From assembly GCF_032444005.1 (NCBI RefSeq), contig NC_091282.1, positions 71,734,001 through 71,798,000 of the forward strand: a stretch of DNA of 64,000 nt, read 5' to 3'. This DNA comes from Ranitomeya imitator. Its lineage: Eukaryota. Position 1 is the stretch's first letter. Every line of letters starts with the position of its first letter. The notes under the pieces were generated by a model. The model saw only the letters and a list, made by a program, of their open reading frames with translations, did not search any database and was not told the DNA's origin. Of the stretch, positions 32,501-45,200 are shown piece by piece. Both the position numbers and the translations under genes were made by a program.

Positions 32501-35500
32501 TGTCCGGAGATAAGTGACGTCAACAGTGTCCAGTGTCTGATTGGTTGCTGCCTGCTGCGAGCGACCAATCAGAAACGTGCCGTACTGTGACAAATTTAAT
32601 AATTTGTACCTTTCCTTACGCAATAATGGCAAGTATGCTTAATCTAATATATAATTGCCTAGAATACTACTTCCTGCAATTTGTGCCAACTTCCGTGGCT
32701 TTGTCCGGAGCTAATGTCCGGAGCTAATGTCCGGAGCTAATGTCCGGAGCTAATGTGCGGAGCTAATGTCCGGAGCTAATGTCCGGAGCTAATGTCCGGA
32801 GCTAATGTGCGGAGATAATGTCCGGAGCTAATGTCCGGAGCTAATGTCCGGAGATAAGTGACGTCAACAGTGTCCAGTGTCTGATTGGTTGCTGCCTGCT
32901 GCAAGCGACCAATCAGAAACGTGCCGTACTGTGACACACTCCGCCCGCCATATTGGTGTGATTTTTGAATTTTTACCTCACAGCAAGTTTCTACTGCGTG
33001 GAGGCGGGCCCAGTGACGTTGCTCTTCAAGCTCCTGCCGAATTTCGTCAAAAAAATTATAATACCATTTACCAAAACTATATATATTTAGTTGTGAAGTG
33101 GTTCAGTGACATTTTCACACCAATTTTGAACTTTTGTTTGGTGTTTTCTCCATATACTGCCTATTATTCACTGACTGTTATACTGAGAGACTGCCGTTTA
33201 TTAACCTCTTCTTTGCCACATTGGGTATATTGCTCTATTATTTGCCACATAAGGACATTGTCCATTATTGCCCAGCAATTTCTCTGCAATATAAACTGCC
33301 TATTTATTAATATCTGCATTCCTGCAAAGAACTATTGCCTATTATTAACTGGCTATTTTCCTACTACCTGACACTGCCTCTTATTAACCTGTTGTTTGCC
33401 ACCACCACGCTTAAAGCTGTTTAGCTTAGCCAACATGAGCTCTAATAGTAAGGATACTAATGACACAGAGCCCAAAGCTGCTGATGGCGCACGTAAGATT
33501 AGGTCTGATAGAAAGTATACTAATAATGCAGAGCAAAAAGACGCCGATGCCGCACGTAAGCGCAAACAGCGTGCTAACAAGAGTACAGAGGATAGATGCA
33601 AGCGCATGGACACTGTTAAGTATACTAATGACAAAGGCTACCGTGATGTGGTTGATGGGCATGCTTATATTAGCCCATCGGTGTACTATGAACGTTGATT
33701 TCTTAAATTTTACACTTCTGTAAAAATAAACACAAAAAATTTGGGTACACAAAAAGGCTTTTATTTCTGTTGTACCTATTAGAATTATTTAAAATGAAGG
33801 CTTAGCTAAGCCCAAGAGATGATTAAAAACGTTTCATACCAACCCATCAGATGTAAAATTACTGTGAAAATACCTGATGGGCACACAAGTATGCGCCAGT
33901 ATGGGTACTAAGAGGCTTTCCACATAATAATGAAATATTTTAAAATGTCATAGAACATACCAATATACATAGTTATTGATACATATTATTTATTATTTAC
34001 ATTATTGTTCTTAAGCAAAGAACCGTTGTTGTGGCATTTGCCACAACACGCAAAGTTGTCGTCTGATGTCTTTCATCCCTCCCCTCATAAGCATGTTCAC
34101 GGATCCTGTGTAACTGTACCTTAAATAACAAGAATTGTCAAGAGCTGGTGAGTGCAGCCATTTTTTGTTTCTTACTATTATTTATTAATTGTATTATTCT
34201 TACATTTGAATAAATAAAGTATATATGGATTCTAGACTCCCGATTCTTTAGAATCGGGCTGCCATCTAGTTTTGTATATTTAGGAAAGGGAGGCGATTTA
34301 AGCTTTGTTGTGTTTTTCGAAAAAAAATATTGTCTACATCTTCTTAGAGGACTAGAACCTGCAAATCCTTAATTTGCTGGTACAGTACATAGCAGTACTT
34401 TTCAGTTGACAAAGAGGGGGCACCCTACTCAGCCTAACCCCTTGTATGACATGACCGCTATTGACTTTGGTTAAATTCCCACAATTGGAATAATCTCTGA
34501 CAACAGTAGCAGGAGACAGATGTCACCTGTGTATCACAGCCAGCATCAGCTATGTCTGGAGTAGGAATGCATCCATACAACATACTGTATATGTAAGTCA
34601 CATGTCATAAAGGGGTTAAAAATTGTGCATGGTTAAAATAAAAAAAATACATAATTGGAATTGCCGCTGAAGTATCAACCAAAAGATTATAGTTGAATAA
34701 AAATTTTACCAAATGCTAAAAAAGGGAACAAAAATTTAAAAAAAAAACAGTTGTGATATTGCTGGGTTTTTTTTTACTATGTTTCCACTAAAAAATAATA
34801 AAAGTTAACCCATAAATTGTATAAATCACAAAAACTTACGCTACAAAAAAAAAACAAGCCATCTAAAACGTAACTCACCATCTTCCTCCACGACATAGAT
34901 CCTTTCAGTTAAATTCTCCCAGGAACTGACCTCCCACTCATCACCTAAAAAAGCATTAATGGCGAAAAGCAAATGAGACACCTACATGAATTCATACGTG
35001 ACATTGCAGATACTGTACAGCTCCATATCTCGGGTCTACCACTGATAGGCTTAGCTAAAATACACATTCCAGACTTGATTTGGGTTGGGTTGACAAGGAC
35101 CGACAGATCCATTCCTTCCAGGCATATTATAAGGTCAGTGTCACACTTGCGAGTGCAATGCGAGAAACTCGCCTCAATACCCGGCACTGCCGCCGGCACT
35201 CAGGACCGGAGCGTTCAGCTGCACAGAAATACATGTAGCCGCACACTCCGGTCCCGAGTGCCAGCGGCAGTGACGGGTATTGATGCCAGAGACTTGCGCG
35301 AGTTTCTCTCATTGCACTCCCAAGTGTGACCCCGGCCTAAGTGGCAGTCTCTGTGCCAAGCAAGACAAGCTTAGCTGTACTCCAAAGCAGGGTCTTCATG
35401 ATGGGCCCTATCCTCACTCTTTGTCCCTGCTTTTCAGCTAGAAGTCAGATGAACAGTTCTCAATGTATCTGGCACAACATTTCTTGTTTCCAGGCATTAC

Positions 35501-36212
35501 TATCCATCCCTCCTGGACTATCCCTACATTTAAATTAATTGGTTGTGGACTAAGAACACCTAGTGTTCGAAACGCGTTCAGCTGTATCATGGTCGTCCTT
35601 CCGTTCATTGGATATTGCTGATTTTTGACATGCAGTGTTTCCTCTTTTTTAAAATAATTTGGAATAAAAACTTTTGATTTTATATACTTTCCTGAGCTGG
35701 ATTCCTCTTTCATTCTCATCTATCCCTACATTTACTGGTTCTGTCAGCCGCGGAGATTTCCCATCCAGTTCCGCAGTACACCTGAGATCCGTTACCTTCC
35801 CTTCACGTGGTTCCTTTTCCATCTTCCTCTGTACATCAGAGGATGAGGCACTCTTCGTGACATCTGTATCCAGCCTTGAGCTCCGGACGTTGCATGAATG
35901 TCCGCAGGGAATTTCTGTAAGGCCTCCTACTGCCCCGAACAATGGATTATCATTTTCGCTATCAGTCCACTGCACCCTGAATTTGGCCTTGGTTAACAAA
36001 CTTCCCTATCTGACTGTCTATAAGGAAACAGTCCCTTTTCACTGCGGCTTTCACTCCCACTATGGGCTAGATCCAAACTTTAACTATATCTGTCTTTCAC
36101 TAACACTATGCACTACATTTCTATATACTAAGCACATTACACTTACAATGCTTATCAAAGTCTATCTTACCCTATAGTCACTACCTTATGCCCTAAAACT
36201 GAACCTATGTCT

Positions 36213-36259
<47 letters not shown>

Positions 36260-39200
36260 CAAAATACACATAACATTATTCACACGTTGCTACAATGCGA
36301 TTTGTGGCTTCTGGAGTACAAACGTGGCAGTACAGTCCACCACTCCTACATTAATACCAGAGGAGGTCAGTTATGGAGACAGCAGAGCGTTGGGGACGTT
36401 TCTGCCCTCTGCTCCTCAGCACTCGGGGATCCCGCTCTGTAACGTTACAGGGTCTCCACTTCATGGCTGAGTTACTGCGGCTCCTTCCGTTTTGCAATAA
36501 TATCACTCACAGGTGATGGAGGGAAGATTTAGGACAAAGAAATGTCCTGACCTGACTTGTTCCCCTGGTGGCTCCTATTACAGCTGGTATCAGCGAGCTC
36601 TTTAATAAAATAATGTCTACCTCTTTGTAAGAGTAATACTTCATAGAGAAATTCCATAATAAAGACAATCATTCATATTTATAGCATTCCATTATACTTA
36701 CTGGTGTCTGTTGTGTAAGTCAGTGCAGGCATCTGCGTCGCTGTGATCCTCTCGCTCATGTCTGGCAGACGGAGAGTAGATTGTATTTCATCTGTGATGT
36801 TGCTGGACTTTTCTACAACAGTCACTGTTATATGATGGATCACTGAGCAAGGGAAGATATATGCAAGAAGATTTATACACTGTATATATACCGTTTTTCA
36901 TTAAGTTTTCTATTTTATACATACAATATTATGCTATGTATCTACTTATACTGTCATTTTTCCGTATATTCCTTTTTTATACATTTGTGTATGGATTCAT
37001 AGAGTCTCTTTATCTGTTTGTATTTACTGACCTAGTCAGACTCATTACTGATATATTCCTTTGCTCCTCACATAGCGACAGTTTACGAAAAAAATTGCCA
37101 AATCGAAACATCACTACAGTCACAATTAAGGCGTACTACAGAATTATTCAATGTAACGTGCACTACGTTAATAAACTTTACAATTTTGCTTGAACTGAGT
37201 GTGCAGTGAATATTTTCAACTACATACTGGGACTCCACTTACACCTCAATTATACTAGGTGTGCGCACTTTGAGCTTCATTACAGATTAGGAAACACTGA
37301 CAGTGCTTCCTCCTCTGGACCCAGCTCTGCTATGTAGTGTAGCCAGGATGCAGAAAATATGTTGTTAATATTTTAACCTCCGGAGCTTTTTTGTTTTTTT
37401 CGTTTTTGTTTTTCACTCCCCTTCTTTCCAGAGCCATAACTTTTTTTATTTTTCCGTCAATATGGCCATGTGAGGGCTTATTTTTTGCGGGACGAGTTGT
37501 ACTTTTGAACAATACCATTGGTTTTACCATGTCATGTAACAGAAAATGGGAAAAAAAATTCCAAGTGCGATGAAATTGCAAAAAAAGCGCAATCCCACAC
37601 TGGTTTTTTGTTTGGCTTTTTTGCTAGGTTCACTAAATGCTAAAAATGACCTGCCATTATGATTCTCCAGGTCATTACGAGTTCATAGACACCAAACATG
37701 TTATTTTATATCTAAGTGGTGAAAAAAATTCCAAAGTTTGCTAAAAAAAAAAATAAAATAAAAAATTGTGCAATTTTCCAATACCCGTAGCGTTTCCATT
37801 TATCGTGATCTGGGGTCGGGTGATGGCTTATTCTTTGCATGCCGAGCTGATGTTTTTAATTATACTACTGTTGTGCAGATACGTTCTTTTCATTGCTCAT
37901 TATTGCGTGTTAATGCAATGTCGTGGGACGAAAAAAAAAGTAATTTTGGCGTTTTGATTTTTTTCTTGCTATGCCGTTTAGCAATCAGGTTAATCCTTTT
38001 TTTATTGATAGATGGGGCGATATGTGTAGGTTTGATTTTTTTATTGTTTTATTTTGATTGGGGCAAAAGGGGGGTGATTTGAACATTTATATTTTTTTCA
38101 TTTATTTAAACACTTTTTTTTTTATTCTGACATGCTTCAATAGCCTCCATGGGAGGCTAGAAGCATCCACTACTCGATCGCCTCTGCTACATAGAGGTGA
38201 TGCACAGATCACCTCTAGGCAGCAGAATTACAGGCTTGCTATGAGCGCCGACCACAGGGTGGCGCTCATAGCAATCTGCCATCAACCACCATAGAGATCT
38301 CGAGGAGACCGCTGGTTGTGATGGCAACGCACCGATGACCCCCTATCACGTAACGGGGGTCAGCGGTGCGCGTACTTTCGGCAGTGCGCTTGTTAAATGC
38401 CGCTGTCAGAGTTTGACAGCGGCATTTAACTAGTTATTGGGGGTAGGCGGATCGCGATTCCGCTCGCGCCAATTACGGGCACATGTCAGCTGTTGAAAAC
38501 AGCTGACATGTCATGGTTTTGAGGTGGGTTTCCCGCCGGAGCCCACCTCAAAGCGGGGGATACTACCAGCTAACGTACTATTCCATCAGCTGGCAGAAAG
38601 GGGTTAAAGTACCCTTCCTATCCAGGTCTTTTAGGATATTATGGGGGCACAGTATGAGAAATAAATAAAAATTATTTCATAAAAATAAAAATGAGATACC
38701 GCCAGTCTGAAAATCTGCCTCTCGCCCTGCTCTCATAATAAAATAAATTTACCAATTTATAAAAATAATTTCTATGGAAAGGGAAACGCAAGGTAATTTT
38801 TTTTTAGCAGTCCTACTGCTCAGTGTATAAATGGCGTCACTAAATGCCTCGGTTCACCGTTCAACCTACTTATTTAGATTACTGCCACTCATTCTATATT
38901 GAATGACAGTGTTGACTTGCCCAAAGCCAGTGCAGTCTGAAGATAAATCTCCATTCTGTAATCACTGAGCAGAAGAGAGCACAGAAATCACTCTCTCCTC
39001 ACTTCTAACATTGCTAGTGTTCTCTGCTATGACTTCAGTGCAGAAGAGACCACAGAAATCACTCTCTCCTCACTGCTGACATTGCTTGTGTTCTCTGCTA
39101 TGACTTCAGTGCAGAAGAGACCACAGAAATCACTCTCTCCTCACTGCTGACATTGCTAGTGTTCTCTGCTATGGCTTCAGTGCAGAAGAGACCACAGAAA

Positions 39201-42200
39201 TCACTCTCTCCTCACTGCTGACATTGCTAGTGTTCTCTGCTATGGCTTCAGTGCAGAAGAGACCACAGAAATCACTCTCTCCTCACTGCTGACATTGCTA
39301 GTGTTCTCTGCTATGGCTTCAGTGCAGAAGAGACCACAGAAATCACTCTCTCCTCACTGCTGACATTGCTAGTGTTCTCTGCTATGGCTTCAGTGCAGAA
39401 GAGACCACAGAAATCACTCTCTCCATACTGCTGACATTGCTAGTGTTCTCTGCTATGGCTTCAGTGCAGAAGAGACCACAGAAATCTCTCTCTCCTCACT
39501 GCTGACATTGCTAGTGTTCTCTGCTATGACTTCAGTGCAGAAGAGACCACAGAAATCACTCTCTCCTCACTGCTGACATTGCTAGTGTTCTCTGCTATGG
39601 CTTCAGTGCAGAAGAGACCACAGAAATCACTCTCTCCGTACTGCTGACATTGCTAGTGTTCTCTGCTATGGCTTCAGTGCAGAAGAGACCACAGAAATCA
39701 CTCTCTCCTCACTGCTGACATTGCTAGTGTTCTCTGCTATGGCTTCAGTGCAGAAGAGACCACAGAAATCTCTCTCTCCTCACTGCTGACATTGCTAGTG
39801 TTCTCTGCTATGACTTCAGTGCAGAAGAGACCACAGAAATCTCTCTCTCCTCACTGCTGACATTGCTAGTGTTCTCTGCTATGGCTCCAGTGCAGAAGAG
39901 ACCACAGAAATCTCTCTCTCCTCACTGCTGACATTGCTTGTGTTCTCTGCTATGGCTTCAGTGCAGAAGAGACCACAGAAATCTCGCTCTCCTCACTGCT
40001 GACATTGCTAGTGTTCTCTGCTATGGCTTCAGTGCAGAAGATACCACAGAAATCACTCTCTCCTTACTGCTGACATTGCTAGTGTTCTCTGCTATGGCTT
40101 CAGTGCAGAAGAGACCACATAAATCACTCTCTCCTCACTGCTGACATTGCTAGTGTTCTCTGCTATGGCTTCAGTGCAGAAGAGACCACAGAAATCACTC
40201 TCTCCTCACTGCTGACATTGCTAGTGTTCTCTGCTATGACTTCAGTGCAGAAGAGACCACAGAAATCTCTCTCTCCTCACTGCTGACATTGCTAGTGTTC
40301 TCTGCTATGGCTTCAGTGCAGAAGAGACCACAGAAATCTCTCTCTCCTCACTGCTGACATTGCTTGTGTTCTCTGCTATGGCTTCAGTGCAGAAGAGACC
40401 ACAGAAATCTCTCTCTCCTCACTGCTGACATTGCTAGTGTTCTCTGCTATGGCTTCAGTGCAGAAGAGACCACAGAAATCACTCTCTCCTCACTGCTGAC
40501 ATTGCTAGTGTTCTCTGCTATGGCTTCAGTGCAGAAGAGACCACAGAAATCACTCTCTCCTCACTGCTGACATTGCTAGTGTTCTCTGCTATGACTTCAG
40601 TGCAGAAGAGACCACAGAAATCTCTCTCTCCTCACTGCTGACATTGCTTGTGTCCTCTGCTATGGCTTCACTGCAGAAGAGACCACAGAAATCACTTTCT
40701 CCTCACTGCTGACATTGCTAGTGTTCTCTGCTATGGCTTCACTGCAAAAGAGACCACAGAAATCACTCTCTCCGTACTGCTGACATTGCTTGTGTTCTCT
40801 GCTATGGCTTCAGTGCAGAAGAGACCACAGAAATCACTCTCTCCTCACTGCTGACATTGCTAGTGTTCTCTGCTATGGCTTCAGTGCAGAAGAGACCACA
40901 GAAATCACTCTCTCCTCACTGCTGACATTGCTAGTGTTCTCTGCTATGGCTTCAGTGCAGAAGAGACCACATAAATCACTCTCTCCTCACTTCTGATGTG
41001 CTTTCACTTCCACTCGCTCTGGCATCCTACAGGCAACACGTGTTCCTGTCGTGGTGTACTACTGAGTGTGGGGTACATTACTTTTACTTCAAGGCCGCAG
41101 GCCTCCATTGGCTCCAGGTCACGGATTCCATAAAAACAATTTACAAACAAGCACACAGGATAAGACCCAACGGATGCCGGACACAATTTCAGCCCAGATT
41201 CACAGTATGAGTAGAGAATTCCTCTTACTATCTTCCGTAGCACTAGGAATTCATCTCTACTTGTAGCAGTATATTCGGATTCCATCTCACTCTGCCTCTG
41301 AGAGCTTGAGTCCAATATCACCTGCAGCTCCACAGGAAGAGTGCGCCCAGAGGCCCTGACGTCTATCTCGAGATTCCCAGGCTGGCAAGGGGACTCGTGT
41401 GGAGCGGTTCTTTGGCAATGCAGTGCCCCGAGTATTAGGCCCACATTGTCCCTAGCAACCTCTCAATTCACTGTCACTTCCTGAACTTAACTCTCAATTC
41501 CCCCCTCTCTCAACTAGGCCGATCTTTACAGCTAACTCTACCTAGGCCAAACTGCAGCCCCAGAGGGTTCCATCTTCAGAAACACACATTTAACCCCCCT
41601 AAAGTATCAGGGAGCAGAACATCACCTCCACCACTACTACACATACATTCAATAAACTTTCATTTTGGTGCAATGGAGTAACAGATTTGAAAACAAAAAG
41701 AGCAATTTTTTTTATTACTCCATCTCCTTCAAGGCGATGTGGTTAGTTTGAAGTATAATTTTGGGTTGCAGACTCACTTAATGACCTCTTTCACACACCA
41801 CTTTTTGGTACATATGCTATTTGTTCTTTTTATGGATAGACCATGGACTGATTACAATGAATGTACCTTTTCACATGTACTTGTCCATGAACCTTTGGAT
41901 GACATTTGCCATCTTATGGGAAACAGAGGAATACATCAAGCCTTTACATTTTGGGCATGGGAAATTTCCATAGGGTATATATTATATAAATTTTGACATA
42001 CTCAGACCAATACACGGACAGCACAATGACCAAAAATATGCTGGTCTCAAGCTAATCTTCGGCTGGAATCACACATACAGTTTTTTTGGCAGCTTTTGGT
42101 GAAGATTCAAGAGCCAAAGCAAGGAATAGATATAAAGGGAATGGGAAATATTAAGATGACACTTAAACTTATTTTTGTCTATTTCTGGCTTTTTCTTAAA

Positions 42201-45200
42201 ACCTGTATTAAAAACTGCATGTGAGTTTCCGGATGTAATGAAATTGTCACATGATTAATATTACAATGAACACATTATCATTATCCATGTTATAACGACT
42301 AATAATGCACTTTAGATGAGACATGGCCCCTATAATTCATTTTTTGTCTTACTTTCGTCGGATAATGTTGTCACTTGCTCTGGATCCTTCTTGGTACTTT
42401 GCTCGGGAGGCAATGATGGGCTGAAGCTCCCTGGAATATTGCTCTCTCCACAAACTGATAAATCCAACAGTGTTTTCCATTTGCTGAACTTATCCACTCC
42501 ACTTGACATGAACACTTTTTTGGTCCCTTGCTTGGCAGTCAGATGTAAGTTATGACCATAGAGAGTAAGGTAACCCATTGGGTCACACAGCCAGACCTGG
42601 TTCCTTCTCCCCGCACAAGGTTCTATCTTCAGGGTGTGAAAGTTGTGGGCTTTCATCACTGTTAGGCACTTGTTGCTATAGACATTAATGATGGATTTGG
42701 TGCCTAGGTCCCAGGTCCAGTACTGATAATCAGAAGTAATTTTACACTTGGCCAATGATACTCTGCCGGTGTCTTCAGCCGCATGGATACACTTCTCCAG
42801 CTGGAGGTTTCTTATCATGAAGTTCTGACCTTTGGTGACTGTAGATAAAGAAAAATACTATAAAAACTTTTTGTGTCACATCTTATCCAATAGTAACTAA
42901 TTACAGAGAAAAATATAAAATAAAACTGTGTTCATCATTACTCACTTTAACCTCTTCATTCTAAAATGTGTCTATACAAATGCACAGAGAATGGGAAACA
43001 AACAAGGAGAATTGAAGCTGCTAACACAGGAAGATAGATATGATGTCATAGGCATCACTGCAACTTGGTGGGATGATACACATGATTAGAAAACACAAAC
43101 ATTGAAGGCCACAACTTATTTATTAGAAACAGGATTAACAAGAGGGGAGGAGGTGTTGCATTGTATGTTAGGAAAATGTATATCTCCACAGAGATCCAAG
43201 CTTCAGATAATGGTAGCTCTAAAGAAACTGTTTGGGTAAGAATTCAAGGAGAGAAGAACAGAAAGGACACTGTTGTATTGTTCCACTCCTGGTTTTGGCT
43301 TACAAATACTGATGTAAAATACTGACCAAATACTGCTGGTGTGACGGCAGCCTTAGGAGGTAAGCAGAGAGCAGAATGAGGGGCCTGCAGCACTGAGGTG
43401 AAGCAGTGTGCTGCATCTATCACTATTAGGAAGCATGCTGAGAGCAGAATGAGGGGCTTGCAACACTGAGGAGAATCAGCATGTTGCATCTATCCCTATT
43501 AGGAAGCACATAGAGAGAAGAATAAGGGGCCTGCAGCACTGAGAAGCAGTGTGCAGCTGGGAAATATATTTTTTGGCAAATAAGAATAGCACCATCCATT
43601 CTGCTATGTGAAAATGGATGCACAGAGGATCAGAAGGAGATAAAAAAGATACAAAGGTAGAAGAAATTAAAAAAAATCAGATTCTGTGATTTTGAAAAAG
43701 AAAAGAAAATAAAACAGGCAGCAGGAATCAGGAATAAACATGTTATTCAATTGAAATTTTTAATTAAAATAAATTTGTTTTTTGTTCTGAGGAAGAAGTA
43801 AGTTACTTTGAAACGCATAGACATTAATAAAAGATGCATACCCTTCTTGTGTGTGCCCGGATTTGCCTTTCATTCACTAGAAGTGTGAAATTTCCACAAT
43901 TATCCCTTCGGCAAATCTTTATGTGATAATAGTGAAGTGATGTTAGAACCTGATAATACAATGTCTGACCTGTTGTATTGCAGTGCACAGTGGTCATACA
44001 TGCGCCATCAGGGATATTCGTGATAACAGTATGTGCCCACTCTGATACTGCATGTGATACTAGAATGTGTCCACTATCGTTCTCACTCTTATGGGAATAC
44101 TTATTACATCTTGTGTGTCCAGAAATAGTTTTTTTTTCACTGGCGCATATTTGTTTTTTTAACATCAGCACAGATTGTGAGCTATGGATATACTGATAAG
44201 AAATGTAAACTTTGGCCGCGATACATAAAAGTTGTTAGGAGCCCAGAGGGACGGCCATTGTCTCGCAGATCACAAGATGGGAGGAAACAGTAACATTAAG
44301 TAGTCAGACAGGAAATACCTGCTACTGCCAGGACACTAAGGGTACCGTCACACACTGCCATTTCGATTGCTACGACGGTACGATTCGTGACATTCCAGCG
44401 ATATCGTTACGATATCGCTGTGTCTGACACGCAGCAGCGATCAGGGATCCTGCTGAGAATCGTACGTCGTAGCAGATCGTTTAGAACTTTCTTTCGTCGC
44501 TGGATCTCCCGCTGGCATCGCTAGATTGGTGTGTGTGACACCGATCTAGCGATCTAGCGATGCGATCTAGCGATGCGTTCGCTTGTAACCAGGGTAAACA
44601 TCGGGTTACTAAGCGCAGGGCCGCGCTTAGTAACCCGATGTTTACCCTGGTTACAAGCGTAAAACTAAAAAAAAACAAACAGCACATACTTACATTCTGG
44701 TGTCCGTCAGGTCCCTTGCCGTCTGCTTCCCGCACTCAGTGACTGCCGGCCGTAAAGTGAAAGCAGAGCACAGCGGTGACGTGCTTTCACTTTCACTTTA
44801 CGGCCGGCAGTCAGTGAGTGCGGGAAGCAGACGGCAAGGGACCTGACGGACATCGGAATGTAAGTATGTGCTGTTTTTTTTTTTTTTACGCTGGTAACCA
44901 GGGTAAACATCGGGTTACTAAGCGCGGTCTGTGTGACAGCTCCCCAGCGACCACACTACGATTTACCTACGATCACGGCCAGGTCGTATCGCTGGTCGTG
45001 ATCGTAGGTAAATCGTATAGTGTGACGGTACCCTTACAGCAGAAGGACAATTACATTAAGCTTCAGCAATGCAAGTAATAGAATGCTATACAACAGGGAG
45101 AAATGCAAGATTCCACATCTGGGCAAGAAAAACAAAAAATACATCTATAGAATGGGAGAAGTAGAACTAAGCAACAGCACGCGTGAAAGAGACTTGGGTA

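Noticed and set aside
35649-36200. 116-aa minus ORF as an exon of the lectin gene
   Set aside because: No polypyrimidine acceptor, and exons 3 and 4 already join in phase. Probably an old retroelement fragment that I could not classify.
36511-36600. Exon candidate with a good GTGAGT donor
   Set aside because: Frames compatible with the neighbouring exons contain stops.
38965-40994. CRISPR-like array or repeated 68-aa peptide genes
   Set aside because: Units are head-to-tail with no unique spacers, the context is vertebrate, and the ORFs are translations of a 71-bp repeat.
41004-41444. 146-aa minus ORF with an LDSSS (protease-like) motif
   Set aside because: The motif match is weak, there is no supporting gag or RT context, and it cannot be assigned.
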